In this document: in pieces, positions 1 through 13,276 of the stretch
Layout of the letters: every line of letters begins with the position of its first letter
Numbering within the stretch: the stretch's first letter is position 1
NCBI GenBank assembly: GCA_030704615.1
Contig: CM060734.1
Span: 27,652,001-27,716,000 of the forward strand
From: Takakia lepidozioides
Lineage: Eukaryota; Plantae; Bryophyta
Reading direction: 5' to 3'
Length of the DNA stretch: 64,000 nucleotides
Translations under genes and position numbers: made by a program
Notes under the pieces: generated by a model
The model's input: the letters and a program-made list of their open reading frames with translations, nothing else
What the model was told of the DNA's origin: nothing
The model's database searches: none

Positions 1-1545
1 ATCTCCTCGACCTTCATCCAGCCTCACGGTTCATTCATCCACAATCTCGTTGGCCTTTCTTAGTGAAAGCACGCTTACAATGTGAGGCCATGGCAGTTTT
101 AGTAAGTCGACTATGGTGCGTAGTGGCTGTAATGGCGCACTTGTGCAAACTAAGTTCCATGCCAGACCATTGATTGAATCTGGATAGTTTGGCAACTTGT
201 CGGTTTAGGTATTGTGGTTTATGTGCAAGGATGGCGAGGTCGTTTGCATATGCTGCGGCTGAGATGTCGCTAGTGGAAGTTTTGTATTGATATCCTAGCT
301 TACCTCGAGCAAACCATCTAAGTAGGGGTTCTAAAAAGATGATGAATAGGTAGGGGCTTAGAGTGTCCCCTTGGATAGTGCCTCAGAGAATGGAGATAAG
401 AGGGGTGGAGCCATAGTAGGCACCAAAGTATTTGGTGGTGCTATTTGTATATATATTTCCTATAAGGTGAACGACGTCCGTAGGATACCCAAGATCGAGC
501 ATGATGGTGAGTAATCTAGCGTGATCTAGAGAGCCAAATGCATTCTTAAAGTTGATATATAGTAGATATATGTCTTGCTTTGTGAGTTTTGCGTCTTCAA
601 GGGCGGATAGAACATATTGAATTTGTCGGGTTGTACTCCCTACAGACCTCAATATTTACAGACCCATTGCACTGGCCAACACCATATATAAGTTATTCAC
701 TAGCACGCTTACCACAATGCTATCAAGCTACGGTGAACAACACCAAATTCTCAACGACCCCCAAGAAGGATTCCGAGCCCACGGTGAAAAAATTTAGAGG
801 AGATGGTGAAGTTGGGGGTCTAGTGCTTGCAGTATAGCGTTTGGTATAAGATCAGGGCCGTGGGCTTTGGATTTAGATAGTTTTTTAAGACATGACTCAT
901 AGAGGTCAATCGTGAATAGGTCCAGTATGCGATCTGTTGGGGTTCCCCTGTTGTCTATTGAGAAACCGTCTATGTCAAGCCATGGGTAGTGTTTAGCTTT
1001 GCACATGCAGTTGGTGGTATGGAGAGTGGAATGGAGACAGTTTGTGACGGTAGGTGTGTAGGTTGAGGATGCTTGTGTCCATATTTCTTGGTTGATGTCC
1101 ATTGGGTTGGTGAGGAGGTGGCCAAGCCGGTGTTTGAGACAGTCAATGGGTGGGTTGAGGGCCGGATTGAAGATGGCTTTGTGAGCTTTTTTGGGGTGGT
1201 CATGTAGCAGCTGGTTGAAGGAAGAGACAAATTTTCTATGATTGGCGGCAACTTTTTGTTTGGTGATATTGTAGACAGATTTCTTAGCATCTCTACCAAT
1301 TATGGAGAGAGAGGCTATCTAGCTAGGTAGATTGTGGGGGCATAAGTGCTTGACATGCTCTTAGGGTGGATAGGCAGGTGATGTGGGGATCTGTGGCCCA
1401 AGTATTACCTGGGTGTATAGAGGTAGTGGTGGGTATGATAGTGAGGGCTCGTCTAATTGTGTGGTAAGTGTTAAGGCGAGATGTCCAGAAAGGCAGGGTC
1501 GAAGAGGGGAGCGGGAGGGCGGAACTCCACTCTCCCGCCGCCAAC
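1..1545 (-). pseudogene. Degenerate non-LTR retrotransposon (LINE) ORF2, reverse-transcriptase region
   Basis: Minus-strand frames give KAHGPDLIPNAIL, STTRQI...LYINFKNAFGSLDH, GTIQGDTLSPYLFIIFLEPL and AAYANDL (YADD mutated). Multiple stops and frameshifts. Confidence 0.85.
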
Positions 1546-2884
1546 CTTAGCTAAATCCCATAGTCATGACTAATATTTAGGGGTCTGCCATCTTCTCAGT
1601 TTTGTAGTCTCACTTTTCTTGTTTTTTAGCAATGCCGCTACTCTAACCCTTACTTTCTTTCTAGCTAAGGCAGCCACCATGACGCGAGCTCCAGCTCGTT
1701 GCGTTGCGGTGTAGCTGCCTTGCTGCTCTTCTCCCTTTGACCTGCTCAGCAAGATCATCCTCCTTTCAAAGCTCTGTTTAAATATCTTTCCATAGTTTTC
1801 TCCAGCTGTTTCTTTATTCTCTTGTTTCCAATGGCCGTTCACAACCGGCTGTCCATCCGCCTGCATGCTCAAGCCGCTCCCCTGGAGTTCTTACAGGCCA
1901 TCATCTCAACTTGGCAATGCATGACAGAACCTCCCGCCCTGTTGCGGCGAGATCAAATGATTCCACTGTGCAACATTCTAATGTTATTGATGCTCAGGCC
2001 CCTCTCGTGGGGCTGCCTCTGTTTATTGCCCCTCTTTTGGTGTCTTCATTCTCTAGTTCTACGTTGTCTCAACCCTATCTGTCCTCTTGTTGCACTCGAC
2101 CATGGCGCCACCAAGCTATCTGCTCTCCTTACGCCGATCTTCCGAGTGACTGCTCTTCGGACTATGAAACGCATTGTGCACACCGACACTTACCAGCTTC
2201 CGGCCAAGTGGCTCAGCTACACCCTGATCACTATGTGCATCTTGACAACCATTCCAGGTTGCCAACCTACGAGTGATGTGAATCACCATAGACCCAATGG
2301 AGTCTCCTGCTACAGTGGCAACACGACGACGCATCCGATATCAGTCCAAGCAGCTGACACTCTTATTCACATGCACAACAATTTGGGCTCCCATATGCCA
2401 GTGACATGTATGAGTCACCTGAAACAACATGCGAACTTGTTCTCACGGCCTCTACTTACTAGGGCTCCAGACCTTGGTCTGCTTCTTGAGCTGAAGAAGC
2501 CAGCCTGGCGATTTTGCCATTTTTTGGACCAAACATGGTGTACAGATCTCCATCCTCTAGCAGCACTCTCTTCAATTTGTGCTTTCCATGAAGATCCTAT
2601 GGCGGTTCTCTTCAGTTACTTCCCACTTGTTTCTGACAGTTTCCTGATTCTTGATTCCCCACTGCTGCACGTGGCTTCACTCTACGATCTGCTACTACGA
2701 GTTCAACGAAAACCACATGTTAGTGGCTACTCGTTGAGACTCCCCAAGACCAAGACCATCCCACAACCGTTCTGGGTGTTTCGAATCATCACCAACGTGA
2801 ATGCAGCCATGTCTCAACTCTGCAGTACCCCCAAGTACCATAAGCGACAGCAACTTCTGCAACATAAGAAGCGGCAGGCCAGGT

Positions 2885-3330
2885 TGAATGGCCATGTCAA
2901 AGCTGGAATTGTTGTGGAGACCTATGATCAAATGATGGGGGAAGGGTGAAGCCCAACCACATCACGCGTGTGTGCATTTGCCATGCTTGTGCAAGCCTGG
3001 CAGCCCTGGAGAAGCGCAAAGACGTGCATGTTGACATCATCAAAGCTGGAGTGGTACCAAATGTTGTCTCCAGCCTCAAACTTGCAAATAAGCTGCTAGG
3101 TATGTACATGTTCCCTGAATTATCAGGCATGGAGTTTCATGTTGTTATCATCAAAGCTGGCATTATGCAAAATGTCAATATGAAGACTGCCCTTTCTACC
3201 ATGTATGCCAAATGCGGGAGCTTGAATGATGCAAGCCATGTGTTTGATGACACGCTTAAACGAGCTGGGTTCTCATGGAGTACAATGATAGCTGGATATG
3301 CTGAAAATGGATGCGGTACAGTGGCTCTCT
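2885..3330 (+). pseudogene. PLS-class pentatricopeptide repeat gene fragment
   Basis: KPNHIT...HACASLAALEKRKDVHVDIIKAG and TALSTMYAKCGSLNDASHVFD...FSWSTMIAGYAENG are L/S/P PPR motifs. Frameshifted and truncated. Confidence 0.8.
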
Positions 3331-4166
3331 TGAACTCACGTCGTTGGAGGCCCTTGATAGAATTTCTTACAACTTATGAGCTCGATCACATGAAGCTGAT
3401 GGGGCAGCTACTTGATCATGGTGTTATATTGAGAGATGGCAGGAACTCAGTTCTACTGTCTCCCATCCTGTTCCATGTATGTCCCTCCCCGGGTTCTCAT
3501 TATGCTTATGGCCCCTTGCTATGCATACCTGCTGTCTATACAATGCAACCTCCCCCTCCTCTGTTTTTTGCCCCAGAGACTAATGCCCTGAATGCTGGCA
3601 ATGAGGCCCTTTTAAATGCACATAGCCAGGATTATGAACAGCCAGCCAAATTATGCAGCCATACAAGCCCTTACTGGGATATGACTCGACCAGTCTTGTA
3701 CGAGCACATTCTTGCTGAGAAAGGCTCCTGGCGAAATGAACCTGGACAGGTCATGGTCGCATGCCATGCTAGTGCAAAAGACTGTGATATGAGCGAGGTT
3801 TGTGTCATCAAAATCTGCCTCCACATTTGAGACACCATCTCCAGCATTTGTCAAGACCTACCTAAACCCAAGGCTGCGAAAAGGTGGCCCACCTTACTGA
3901 AGAAGGTCGGGGCCTGCACTGATCGGCCTTTGTTTGTGATGAGAGCAAGGATTCAAGCAATGAAGCAGCAGCATAAAGATCAAATACGCCACAGATCCGG
4001 ACTGGGAGAGGTAGTTTGGAGAAGTGGGAGGGTAATTGCCCTGATCACGGTGCCGGCCATTTATGCCCTATGTGCTGGATATATCAGCCAACACGTGACT
4101 ACTTACATGTAACTCTCCATCATGCACCAACACCGCAAGTCAGACCATCCAGGCCGACCACTTCTG

Positions 4167-6561
4167 CCACCAAGTGCTGCAAATATCCACCAACAATCAC
4201 CAATATGCCTACAACTCTCCAGCCTACACCAACACCACAAGACATGCCATCCAGGGAAGTGACCTTACATGCTCCGGTTGCTCCCTACACTGCCTCTAAC
4301 TATAGATGTCAATTGTTGTTGTTTGTACTTAATACTGGTCCCATGAAATCTCACACTCCACATCTCTATGTCCCACGAACCTACACCCTCAATGTTGCCA
4401 TTATCTTGTCAACTACTGGTTCCCTTTCCCTTCGCATGAGAGAAAGCTACTACACTGCCATCTACCCTAATTTCTGGTGCATTGTAAGGATGTCTGTACT
4501 GCAGCCCGCATATGGATCACAAACCCCGCCAACAATCAATTTCTGCTGCAAGCTGCTAGCCCCCTTCGACTCTGCCGATTGGAGTCCATGCCTACCACCT
4601 TGCTCGTGTACTTCCCCGACTCGCTGTGCTCCCTCACATGCGCCAACCTACTGCGAAGCACCGCGGCTCAATTTTGCTGCACTGACCACCTATCAGATCA
4701 TAGGCTTGTTAGATATCGAGCTGCTATTATCACTAGCTTATGTTGTAATTCTTGAGCACCCCCTCTGCCCACATTTATTCTTTCAATATGCCACAGCAAA
4801 GTCTTGGCCTCTCATCATATCACAACGCTACACCCTTACTGGCTTCACTCACAAATCTCCATCTCTCATCCTCCACAACTTCAGACTTATCTTGTACTAT
4901 ATTTTTTCCCAAATAAGCACCTCCAACAAGCTTCTCCATCTCGTCACAAAACGCCCCCTCAGGTGTCATATATCTGCCATATCTACACCCTCACATTTTC
5001 AGCCCCCTACCTCATCAATTCTTGTGATATCAAATCAATCACACGGTCTCTTCATCACCCCCTCTAGCATCCTATTCCTGACAGCCATTTCTCCTCAACC
5101 TTCCCACCCTCTTAGCTGCCAAGCATCTACCACAATCCAGATCCACTTACCATCACCCAACCTTGCCACCACCCCACACTATACTTCTACCCCACTATCT
5201 ATATCAAGGCCCACCGAACTCATTCATCCATGGATGTCGTCCACTTATCCTCTTTCCCCCACTCTAGTTAATTATATACTCACTACCCACCATACACCCA
5301 TATTAAATTTTTAACCCCATCATGAGAGCTCATGTACAACAAACCTCCTTCATGACCCCCAGACGAACCCACACACTAACCCACAGGCAATACCTTCCCC
5401 CCCCCCACACAAAAGCACCACTAGTACCGACTATGCCAACACCAACTCTACCCCCCTCATACACTTTCTCCACAACTACCCCCCACGCACCCCCACCCCT
5501 CACCCCTCAAAATCCAACTTATAACCCACTGCCCACATGGACAATATCACCAGAGACCCCTTGCATCCAAACACTCCTCTCACCATCCACCATCCCACTT
5601 TAAGTCCTATCTACTTGCCTATGAAACGCTTACACTACTTCGTTGCGGCAACATTCACCCAAACCCAGGCCCCTATACCATCACTAGCATCATCAACAAG
5701 CTTTCCAAAGGATCATAAAGACAGATATGAATTATACTTCCAAACAGACACTGTCACGCTCATGCCTGCATATCAACACCTTAGTGACCACTTCTCTCCC
5801 TTTCTCCCTAACCCTCCTACCAATAACCGTAAACCCACGTACCCAATTGCCACCTCTGGGCTCCCTACCTACGAACACCCATCCCTAGTCACGGCCACCC
5901 ATAAACTTAGCACATACCCCCCACAACACCTACTATTCTCACTAATCGTTGTCATCTCTCCAATCCCCTCAATATGCAATGACTACTTTAGAACCCAACC
6001 AGACATACACATACGTTTGCTACTACACCAACTGCATGAGCTACCCACACTACCTCACATATACCTAGCACCCCCACACTACCTACACAATCTCCACGAA
6101 TCCCTTGACCTACTACAAGCCAAGCCCGGAGTAGTTCACAACATTCTTGGCGAACACCTAGCGCACCCAGCTGCTACCATACATGAGCTAGATACTCTCA
6201 CCAACAAATTCCCATTCCTCTCCAAAATATTCTCACTGCAACCTTCCATGCCAAGATAGGCATCCTTGGATATCAACCCTCTCCCATGATACCACCACCA
6301 GTCATCACACCTTGCTTGCCCAGCCACACCAATGACCCACCTCCAACACCCCCTAGACCCAACAGTCCCCCGCACGCCCCCTCCTCCCAGCAAGCACACG
6401 CACTCAACATACTCACCTGGAATGTAGGGTCACTTGCTACCAGCATTCAAAGCCTTATCCATCTAATGGACTCTACACCTCCGCATGTCATTCTATTACA
6501 AGAAAGTAAACTCAACACACACAGCCCTAACAGCTCCTACATCAACAATCTCCTTCCAGCC
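4167..6561 (+). mobile_element. 5' part of a LINE (C/A-rich ORF1-like region and start of APE endonuclease), truncated by a transposon end
   Basis: ~6400-6561 reads LNILTWNVGSL...PHVILLQESKL (AP-endonuclease N-terminus) and is cut at 6562. The left boundary is only defined by the duplicate at 20024. Confidence 0.65.
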
Positions 6562-6640
6562 GAGGTTTGCTATTTCGTGAGCATGAGCGGCATGAGCGGC
6601 ATGAGCAGAGTAGTAACACAATCGGTTTTCATGAGCAGAA
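6562..6640 (+). repeat. Left terminal inverted repeat with (GCATGAGC)n motifs
   Basis: gaggtttgctatttcgtgagcatgagcggcatgagcggcatgagcag, inverted relative to 19950-20023. Confidence 0.75.
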
Positions 6641-6799
6641 GTACAAATTTCGAAAATAAAAAACAATAAAAAACAATAATTTAATGCAATGTGTCAGAAA
6701 AAACAAATATATTATTCGGCCCCTTGAAGGGAAAATTGCACTTTTTACAGTTGTGCTCATGATATTTCGTCTTCCGCTCATGCCAATTCCCAGCGACAT

Positions 6800-7165
6800 G
6801 TGCAAATATGGCGCCGAATTTCGCGGTAATAGGGTCCGTAACCTGAAAAAACGGCGACGTATTTCGCGGCAATAGGTCTCTCTGGCGAAAAATGGTGCCG
6901 AATTCCGCGGCTATAGGTCCCCTCATGACAGGTAATTCGGCGCCATTTTCCAGTGCATGTTCGGACTTAGCCAGTTTTCGGCCCAAAAAAGAGAAATTCG
7001 GCGCCATTTTTCCAGACACGGTACCAGTGCATGTTGGGACTTAGCCAGTTTTCGGCCCCAAAAAGAGAAATTCGGCGCCATTTTCCCAAACACAGGTACC
7101 AGTGCATGTTGGGACTTAGCGAGTTTTCGGCCCCAAAAGAGAAATTCGGCGCCATTTTTCCAGAA
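6800..7165. repeat. Subterminal repeats built on AATTCGGCGCC half-palindromes (42- and 74-bp units)
   Basis: GGCGCC-type cores at 6810, ~6852, 6894, 6939, 7000, 7074, 7148. Confidence 0.8.
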
Positions 7166-7319
7166 ATGGCCCCACAACTGCTTCTGTTGGATCTCAGTTT
7201 GAATGGAATATTGCCTCATTCCAGGAGTTTTGGGGTGCATTTCATTACACTGCAAAAAAAAAGTCTGATACAGCAAAATGCATTTGAAAATATCCATATG
7301 GAGGATTCCGTTTGCCCCA

Positions 7320-10030
7320 TCAATGATTTCTGGAATCCCTAAGGAGGAGTTTGTGCAGCTCGTTCACGCTCAACGCCGGTGCATAAATAAAGTCATCAAT
7401 AGTCACGTTCATCCTCAACCTCTTCAGGTAAATGTAATACAGATGCTTGCACGGATAATACTTCGAACCCTTCTTTGCTTCCATCAACGAGAAGTCCGTA
7501 CAGTTGCAAGTCGGCTCCACTCCAATCGTAATTGTGTATACATCGTCGCGTACAGCCGAGCCGGCCGTTGCCATCCGATACACACGCCCAAGGCCGGGTG
7601 GGGGTACGTCCACGGAGCTCTGAATAGTGCAAGCCATCCCAAGAGCATTGGCAATCCGAGTCTCATTCAACTTGTTGGGAGGGTGTCGTCTCTTCACTCT
7701 TCCGAATCGCATTGTGGGATGTGCAGAATTGTCCAATCCGTCTCTACTGGACCGAGCAGTCTGCAATGGCTGGGTCTGAGGAACCGGAAATGCGTGGGCC
7801 GGGATGTCTGTGCGTTGCACCATTCGAAATCCTGCTGCAGATAGAGCATCCGCCTCATTCTGAGAGAGGATGCAACCCGGTGCAACAGGCCAGACGCCCG
7901 GAGGCTCCGGCATTCCCTGAATCCCGTACTTGGGCTTGCCAAATACACAGGTCATTATGTCGTGCCTACAGAACCAAAATGTCTGCGTTGTGGCATGAGC
8001 AAATGTGGGAGTCAAAAATCTGCCGCTGAAACAAGGTGCAGGTACAGCACCGTGTGGCTTCCTCCGAATCATCTCACCACAGCGTGCTCTCGTATCCACC
8101 CGGATGGCGCAACACTTCCCTCGAAATGCCGGCAATGTCCTCGCAATTCTCCACTGTGACTCCGACACTCTTGTCTCCACAATGGGAATGTTGTATTGCT
8201 TTACTACAGATGGCTCGTTATGTTGCCGGGGCACGCGCCCTGTGCTCAAAGGAGATGGCGATCTTGAACGTGCAGGACTTCCGGTGCTCGACGAGACCTC
8301 CTCGGACAACATCACCGGACCACGAGGGAGCGTGCGAATATTCTTGTCAGCTCGCCATGAATACTCTTCTCCGCCAGGTGCCTCGTCAAGTCTTCGTCTC
8401 ACTGGACGGGTATGAACATCTCCTTCCAAATGTTGGCCTCTTCACAGCAATGGCGTGTCCCGAAGGCCCTCTCGCAAGGCCGCCGCCCACTTCCAAGGAT
8501 TCTTCGATCTGGAGGCAGTCCGCATCAGCATTTCCTGCCTGTCCGGCCCCAAGCCCCACCGTTTCCCTTTCAAGAACTCGTTGTACCTGCATTGCTGCAT
8601 AATTGACCTCACAATGTCCTCCGTTGTGGCAGTGAGGATGTCCACCAGATGCGCCGCAGAGGAGGCACGCCAGGAAGAGTGCACTGATTCGGCCATGTTT
8701 GTCGTGGGCATGTCGGTGTCGGAGTCGAGACACATTTCCTGCACAAGCACATGTTCAGGTTACAAGCAAGTTACAAATATGGCCAAGAATAATATCCAAT
8801 GGGACGCGAATTCGTGCAACTCACCTCCCGCATATAGTCGCCGAACTGGAGGAAACGATAATGCCACCATGCTAGCCAACTGACCATTGCTCCTTCGTCT
8901 GATTTCCTTACAGCACCTGACGATGTCCACCAAGCCCGTATGCATGCAAACTGTGTCTCTGCATCATCCAAGGTGGGAGCGCGCTTCCACGCAAGGCACA
9001 TGGAACGGTGCTCCTCTCTGAAATCTGGCGCCATGAGCCTAGTTGTGTACTGCGAAAGGCTCTGCAGAAAATGGAACCCACAAGATCTCTCCTTGCCTTC
9101 CATGGGAACATTGGGGTCTTGCCCGTACACCTTTCGGATGGCAGCCCAATTTGCTTGTGCGTTGTCCGCCATGAAACCACGGAAATTGGGAGGGGGCAAT
9201 CCCGCCTTGGCCATCTGTTCGTTTATTCCCTGCCAAAGAAGCATCTCCGATTGTGTGTCCTCTCCTTTCATCTCACAAATAGCAATTGTCATTAGCATCC
9301 TGCAGTGGGTGTCGTAGATATGTGCACCCAATGTCACCCACTGATGATTTGTAATTCGCTTGATATGGTTAAACATGACCCAACTGTTTGACAAGTTCCC
9401 ACTCGTCATCCTGTCGACCAGTTCGACGCCACTGCCAGGTCCACACGTGGACATTTTGAATACGAAACAACGATCTGCCTCAGTCCCTTGTCCTGGAAAC
9501 CTACTTCCATGAATGTAGTCATATCCACATCGTCGCTTCACCTCCAGAATGGAGTGCATATCCGAGCCACGCCCAATTTTCTGTTTGCATGAGACAATGT
9601 GGTTTCGGACATTCGGTGAACATACGTGGGACACCGACTCCAGCAATGCCTCCATTTCCTTCTCGTCGAGAGGAACTCTATCGGAGCCGTCTTCCGACAT
9701 AATTCTGGCCAATGCCATCTTATGGGCGGCTTGGAGCTGTATCTGTTTGGGTTTGGCACCCGGTCTCAACTTAACCTCCTCCTGAACGAGCTGCTCTGCA
9801 TCGTGGGCAGCCTCCCGCGAGTTCCCCCTCGCCAATTTGTGACAATGGGAACCAACGTGTATGCAAGCTCGGGTGAGGTCAGGGAAACGGTGCAACACAT
9901 AGAACTGCTTGGCATTACAAACAGACATGCAGTGTGGTGATTCTTTGCAATGCACACACTTAAATGTGGAGTTCGGAACCTTCTCCTGAGCTCGAAATGG
10001 TTGATGAGCTGTGCCTGTCCAATCGGTACG
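7320..10030 (-). pseudogene. Mutator-like transposase copy 1 (5'-truncated): GCM-like end, DDE domain, SWIM finger
   Basis: IHVGSHCH; WVMFNH (D>N); FRGFMADNAQANW; SCGFH (CxxH); TTNMAESVH; SWIM CNCTDF...PCKHL. Intron 8739-8824 is shared with copy 2. Frameshift near 8430. Confidence 0.85.
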
Positions 10031-12251
10031 TTGTTTGTGCGGGTGCGTTGCGGTGTTTCTCCCCAACTTGCTTCCACTTTAAATCCAGAGGTCACAAGAA
10101 AAAGCACTGAGAAAGTCAGCCAAGGTGAAGGAGTAGATGGAGAAGCAGACAGCTAAGCAGCCCAAGGACAGGAAGAAAAGAATGCACAAACAGGGGCAAG
10201 AGACAAAGAGCCCCACACCCAAGAAGAAGAAGCAACAACATAGTCAGCTAGATGACGAGGATTCCGACGACGATTTCCAACAGGATAACACCCAGGGGGC
10301 CACACCTCGTCCGAAAATTCACAAGGGCCAGCGCTCCAGGGGTTCGGCTGCAAAGAGATCACTATACGAGGATGCACCTGGCAGACCCTACCATGCGGTG
10401 CACATTGCGGGCAGGGAAGTCCTCAAAACACCCACAATTGTGGAGTGTGTTAATGAAAATTTCGTAACTGCTCTGACCAGAAGGCTGGAGAAAACGAGAT
10501 TGAGGAAGGCAATCGAGGCCCACCGGGGGAAGGGGAAGGGGAAGGCCACTGGCAATGATATGGAAGACACTCCCGGCTACACAAAGATGATGGAGTATTT
10601 TGTGGCGATGAGCCACGGCAAAAAGAGCACGGTCGGGGGCAGGGCGGTGAAAGCCTCCATCGACATGATCCTTGTGGATATCGCAGATGGGCAGGAGATA
10701 CTGGGGCTGGGCTCGCTACCCTGGTGGAACAAGTATGACGAAAGATACTGGAGCCACACATTCGGGTTCGCAGCCAACATATTGGACGACGACGGCTGTG
10801 TTGTTGTGCTAGCAGCTGATGGAGAAGTCACTGAGAATGATATCAAAGTATGGACGGGGAGAAGTGTAGCACCCATCCTGAAAAAGATCTGGACTTGCAT
10901 CAACACGCAGGATCTTGTCAACGATGGTCAGAAGGTATGCTGCAGTTCTCCTCTGTTCTGCTGAAATTGCCCATGTACGTGTAGGCCACCTCTGACGTTC
11001 TCTTTTCCTTCTTTGCAGACTCTTATCTTTCAGGCATTCTGCTTCGTGAAGGAACATTCAAAATTCAGATTACGTCAAGCAGGCAGACTTGTTGATTCCA
11101 CAGTTGATCCACGAGAGTATAACATCCTGTTCAACTATGTGGGAGAGAAGGACATGCTTTGTGATTTGTCGGGCAAGCCTTGGAGGTATGGCAGGACCAA
11201 GAGTCCTGCATTCATCCAGACGCTCATGGAAACGTGTACGGATGTTGAAGGCAGGGTCCTCGACGTCACTGCTAATACAGGTGAGAGCGTTCAGTGATTG
11301 CGGCACCGAAATTGACACCGTTTCTGATTGTCTTTGTTTGCTTGCGCGAGGAAGCGAGTCATTCTTGACTTTGGCTTTGGTTGTGTCGTATGAATTCGTA
11401 GGTGCCTGTATGTGGGCGGGAAGGATGTCCAACCGATTTGTGTTCTCATTTGAGGGGGATACGGCCTTGTACGATTTCAATTTGGCGGGCCTACAGCGTC
11501 TGCCTCCGACTGAAGATCCCAACAACGCAGAAGAGGACGTGGAAGGGGAGAAGGAAGAGGAGGAGGAGGAAGTCCAGGAAATTCGTCCGATGCAGGGGCG
11601 CCCAAAGCCGCTTCCTGCAATGTCTGTCTTCGAGTGAGTTGCACCATAGTAAGTGTATTGGTTTCGGTTGTAGGGACCATGCAACCTGCCGATGATTCCC
11701 TGTTTGAATGTTCTAATGTACTTCATTCTGTGTTTGTACGTACACTCAGCCTTGCAGAGTCGTCCGACGAGGAAATGCTGAGAGACTTGCCCGAATCGGA
11801 CCCTGTTGCAGAGGAGGAGACAGAATCACATCAGCCATTCTTTGCCAGAAAATCGTTTCTTGCGAGTCCCGAGAAGCCCTTTTTTCTACCAGCCTATGCA
11901 GACACGGCTGCCAGAGAAGCCATCACGAGGGAGGATAGGCCTACTCGGTTTGAGCAATTGATATTTGGGAAGGAGCAGAGAATTATAATGAGGCGTGAGG
12001 CCAAACATGGAATTGTGAAAGGCAGAGTAGGCAAGTTCGTCATAGAATCCGCGTCTGAGAGCGTGGGGGATGATGAGGACAGTTCTGCACCCAGGTGGAC
12101 AGTTTCAGCTGGTGAGGATGGTATTTTTGAGGGGAGGGCTTCTCAGAGTAACAGCGGTAGCGGCAATGCAGGTTCGGAGGCAGGTGGAAGACAGCCATCC
12201 TTGCATGAGGCCGGGGATGCATCGGACAGTGATCACGGATCCTCGCCATAG
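10030..12251 (+). pseudogene. 3' half of the ParB-methyltransferase passenger gene (copy A): beta-class amino-DNA-methyltransferase-like domain plus acidic tail
   Basis: Exons ~10030-10934, 11019-11280, 11402-11633, ~11750-12251. Motif-IV-like IDMILVDIADG, then KSPAFIQTLMETCTDVEGRVLDVTANT|GACMWAGRMSNRFVFSFEGD (motifs X, I, II in beta order). Aligns with 43213-44900. Confidence 0.75.
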
Positions 12252-12494
12252 CAAAGTCTCATTTGGATCCTTCTGTTGTACAGTTCTGAAACACTTAATG
12301 AAAATATTGACGATTTTTGAAATCATTGTGTTCAGACTGCATGTCTGATTCCCAACATTTCTTCCACAAACCACAATGTAATAATAAAAGCAGAAGAGAT
12401 GCAAAGTAAAGTAAAGAACCCTACAAGTAATTTATGCACACCAACAAACCGCGAACTAGAAGCCATGAAAACACTATCGTTTCTAACATTCCTA

Positions 12495-13000
12495 TTGGGA
12501 ATTTCGGCGCCGAAATAGCCCAGTGTGCGCCTTCATAATATGGGCCTTATAAAATTCCACGTAGGAATTACTGCACCAAAATATCACGATGGAAGCCTTC
12601 AGCACAAGGCACTTCAACACATTCCACTTGGGATTTCGGCGCCGAAATAGCCCGCTCTGCGCCATAAAATACACCAGTATATCACATTTCAAAAGGGAAT
12701 TTCGGCGCCGAAATTCCCCGGTGAAGGTCTTCAAAACACCACTTTAGCATACTGCTCTTGGGAATTTCGGCGCCGAAATACCAAGGTCGGTGGTTTTAAT
12801 ATTCGTTAACAATATCTTCGTCCGCGAGCAAACGAGTTGAAATCATCCATATTTTGGCGCCATAAAACGTCCAACCCGAAGAGTAAACCGGCACCATGCA
12901 ACGCTTTGCTGCCATCAGTGCCCCTCGCGGTTGCTGTCCATGCCTGTTGGACGTGCCATGTCTGGACTGTTATGTATAATTTCGGCGCCGAAATTATACT
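12495..13000. repeat. ATTTCGGCGCCGAAAT palindromes downstream of the MTase gene
   Basis: Cores at 12506, 12638, 12704, 12769, 12984. Confidence 0.9.
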
Positions 13001-13276
13001 TTATTTGCGGCAACCTCTTGTACGAGAAATGACCACTTAATGGATGTGGTCAGTTTCAAATGAAAACAACGGCTAAAATGCAATGAATTTTCCCCGAACC
13101 TGAGAAAATATCCCTTTTCGTCATTGGATAACGGCATTTTGAAAGACATAAGGGGTTAAATGTGCCGATTTCTCCATTAAATGCTGAATATTCATGTTTT
13201 CTTTGTCTGCATAGGTTATTTCAAACGAATTTCGGAACCTTACATCATCCAGAAGCAAGAAGTAAGTGTCGGGTTC

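Noticed and set aside
1822-2949. 375-aa ORF as a real gene
   Set aside because: No recognisable domain; it crosses unrelated degenerate segments and only its last residues are PPR-derived.
4016-5314. 432-aa ORF as a host gene
   Set aside because: Product of a C/A-skewed LINE region; the duplicate at 20024 has a stop in the same frame.
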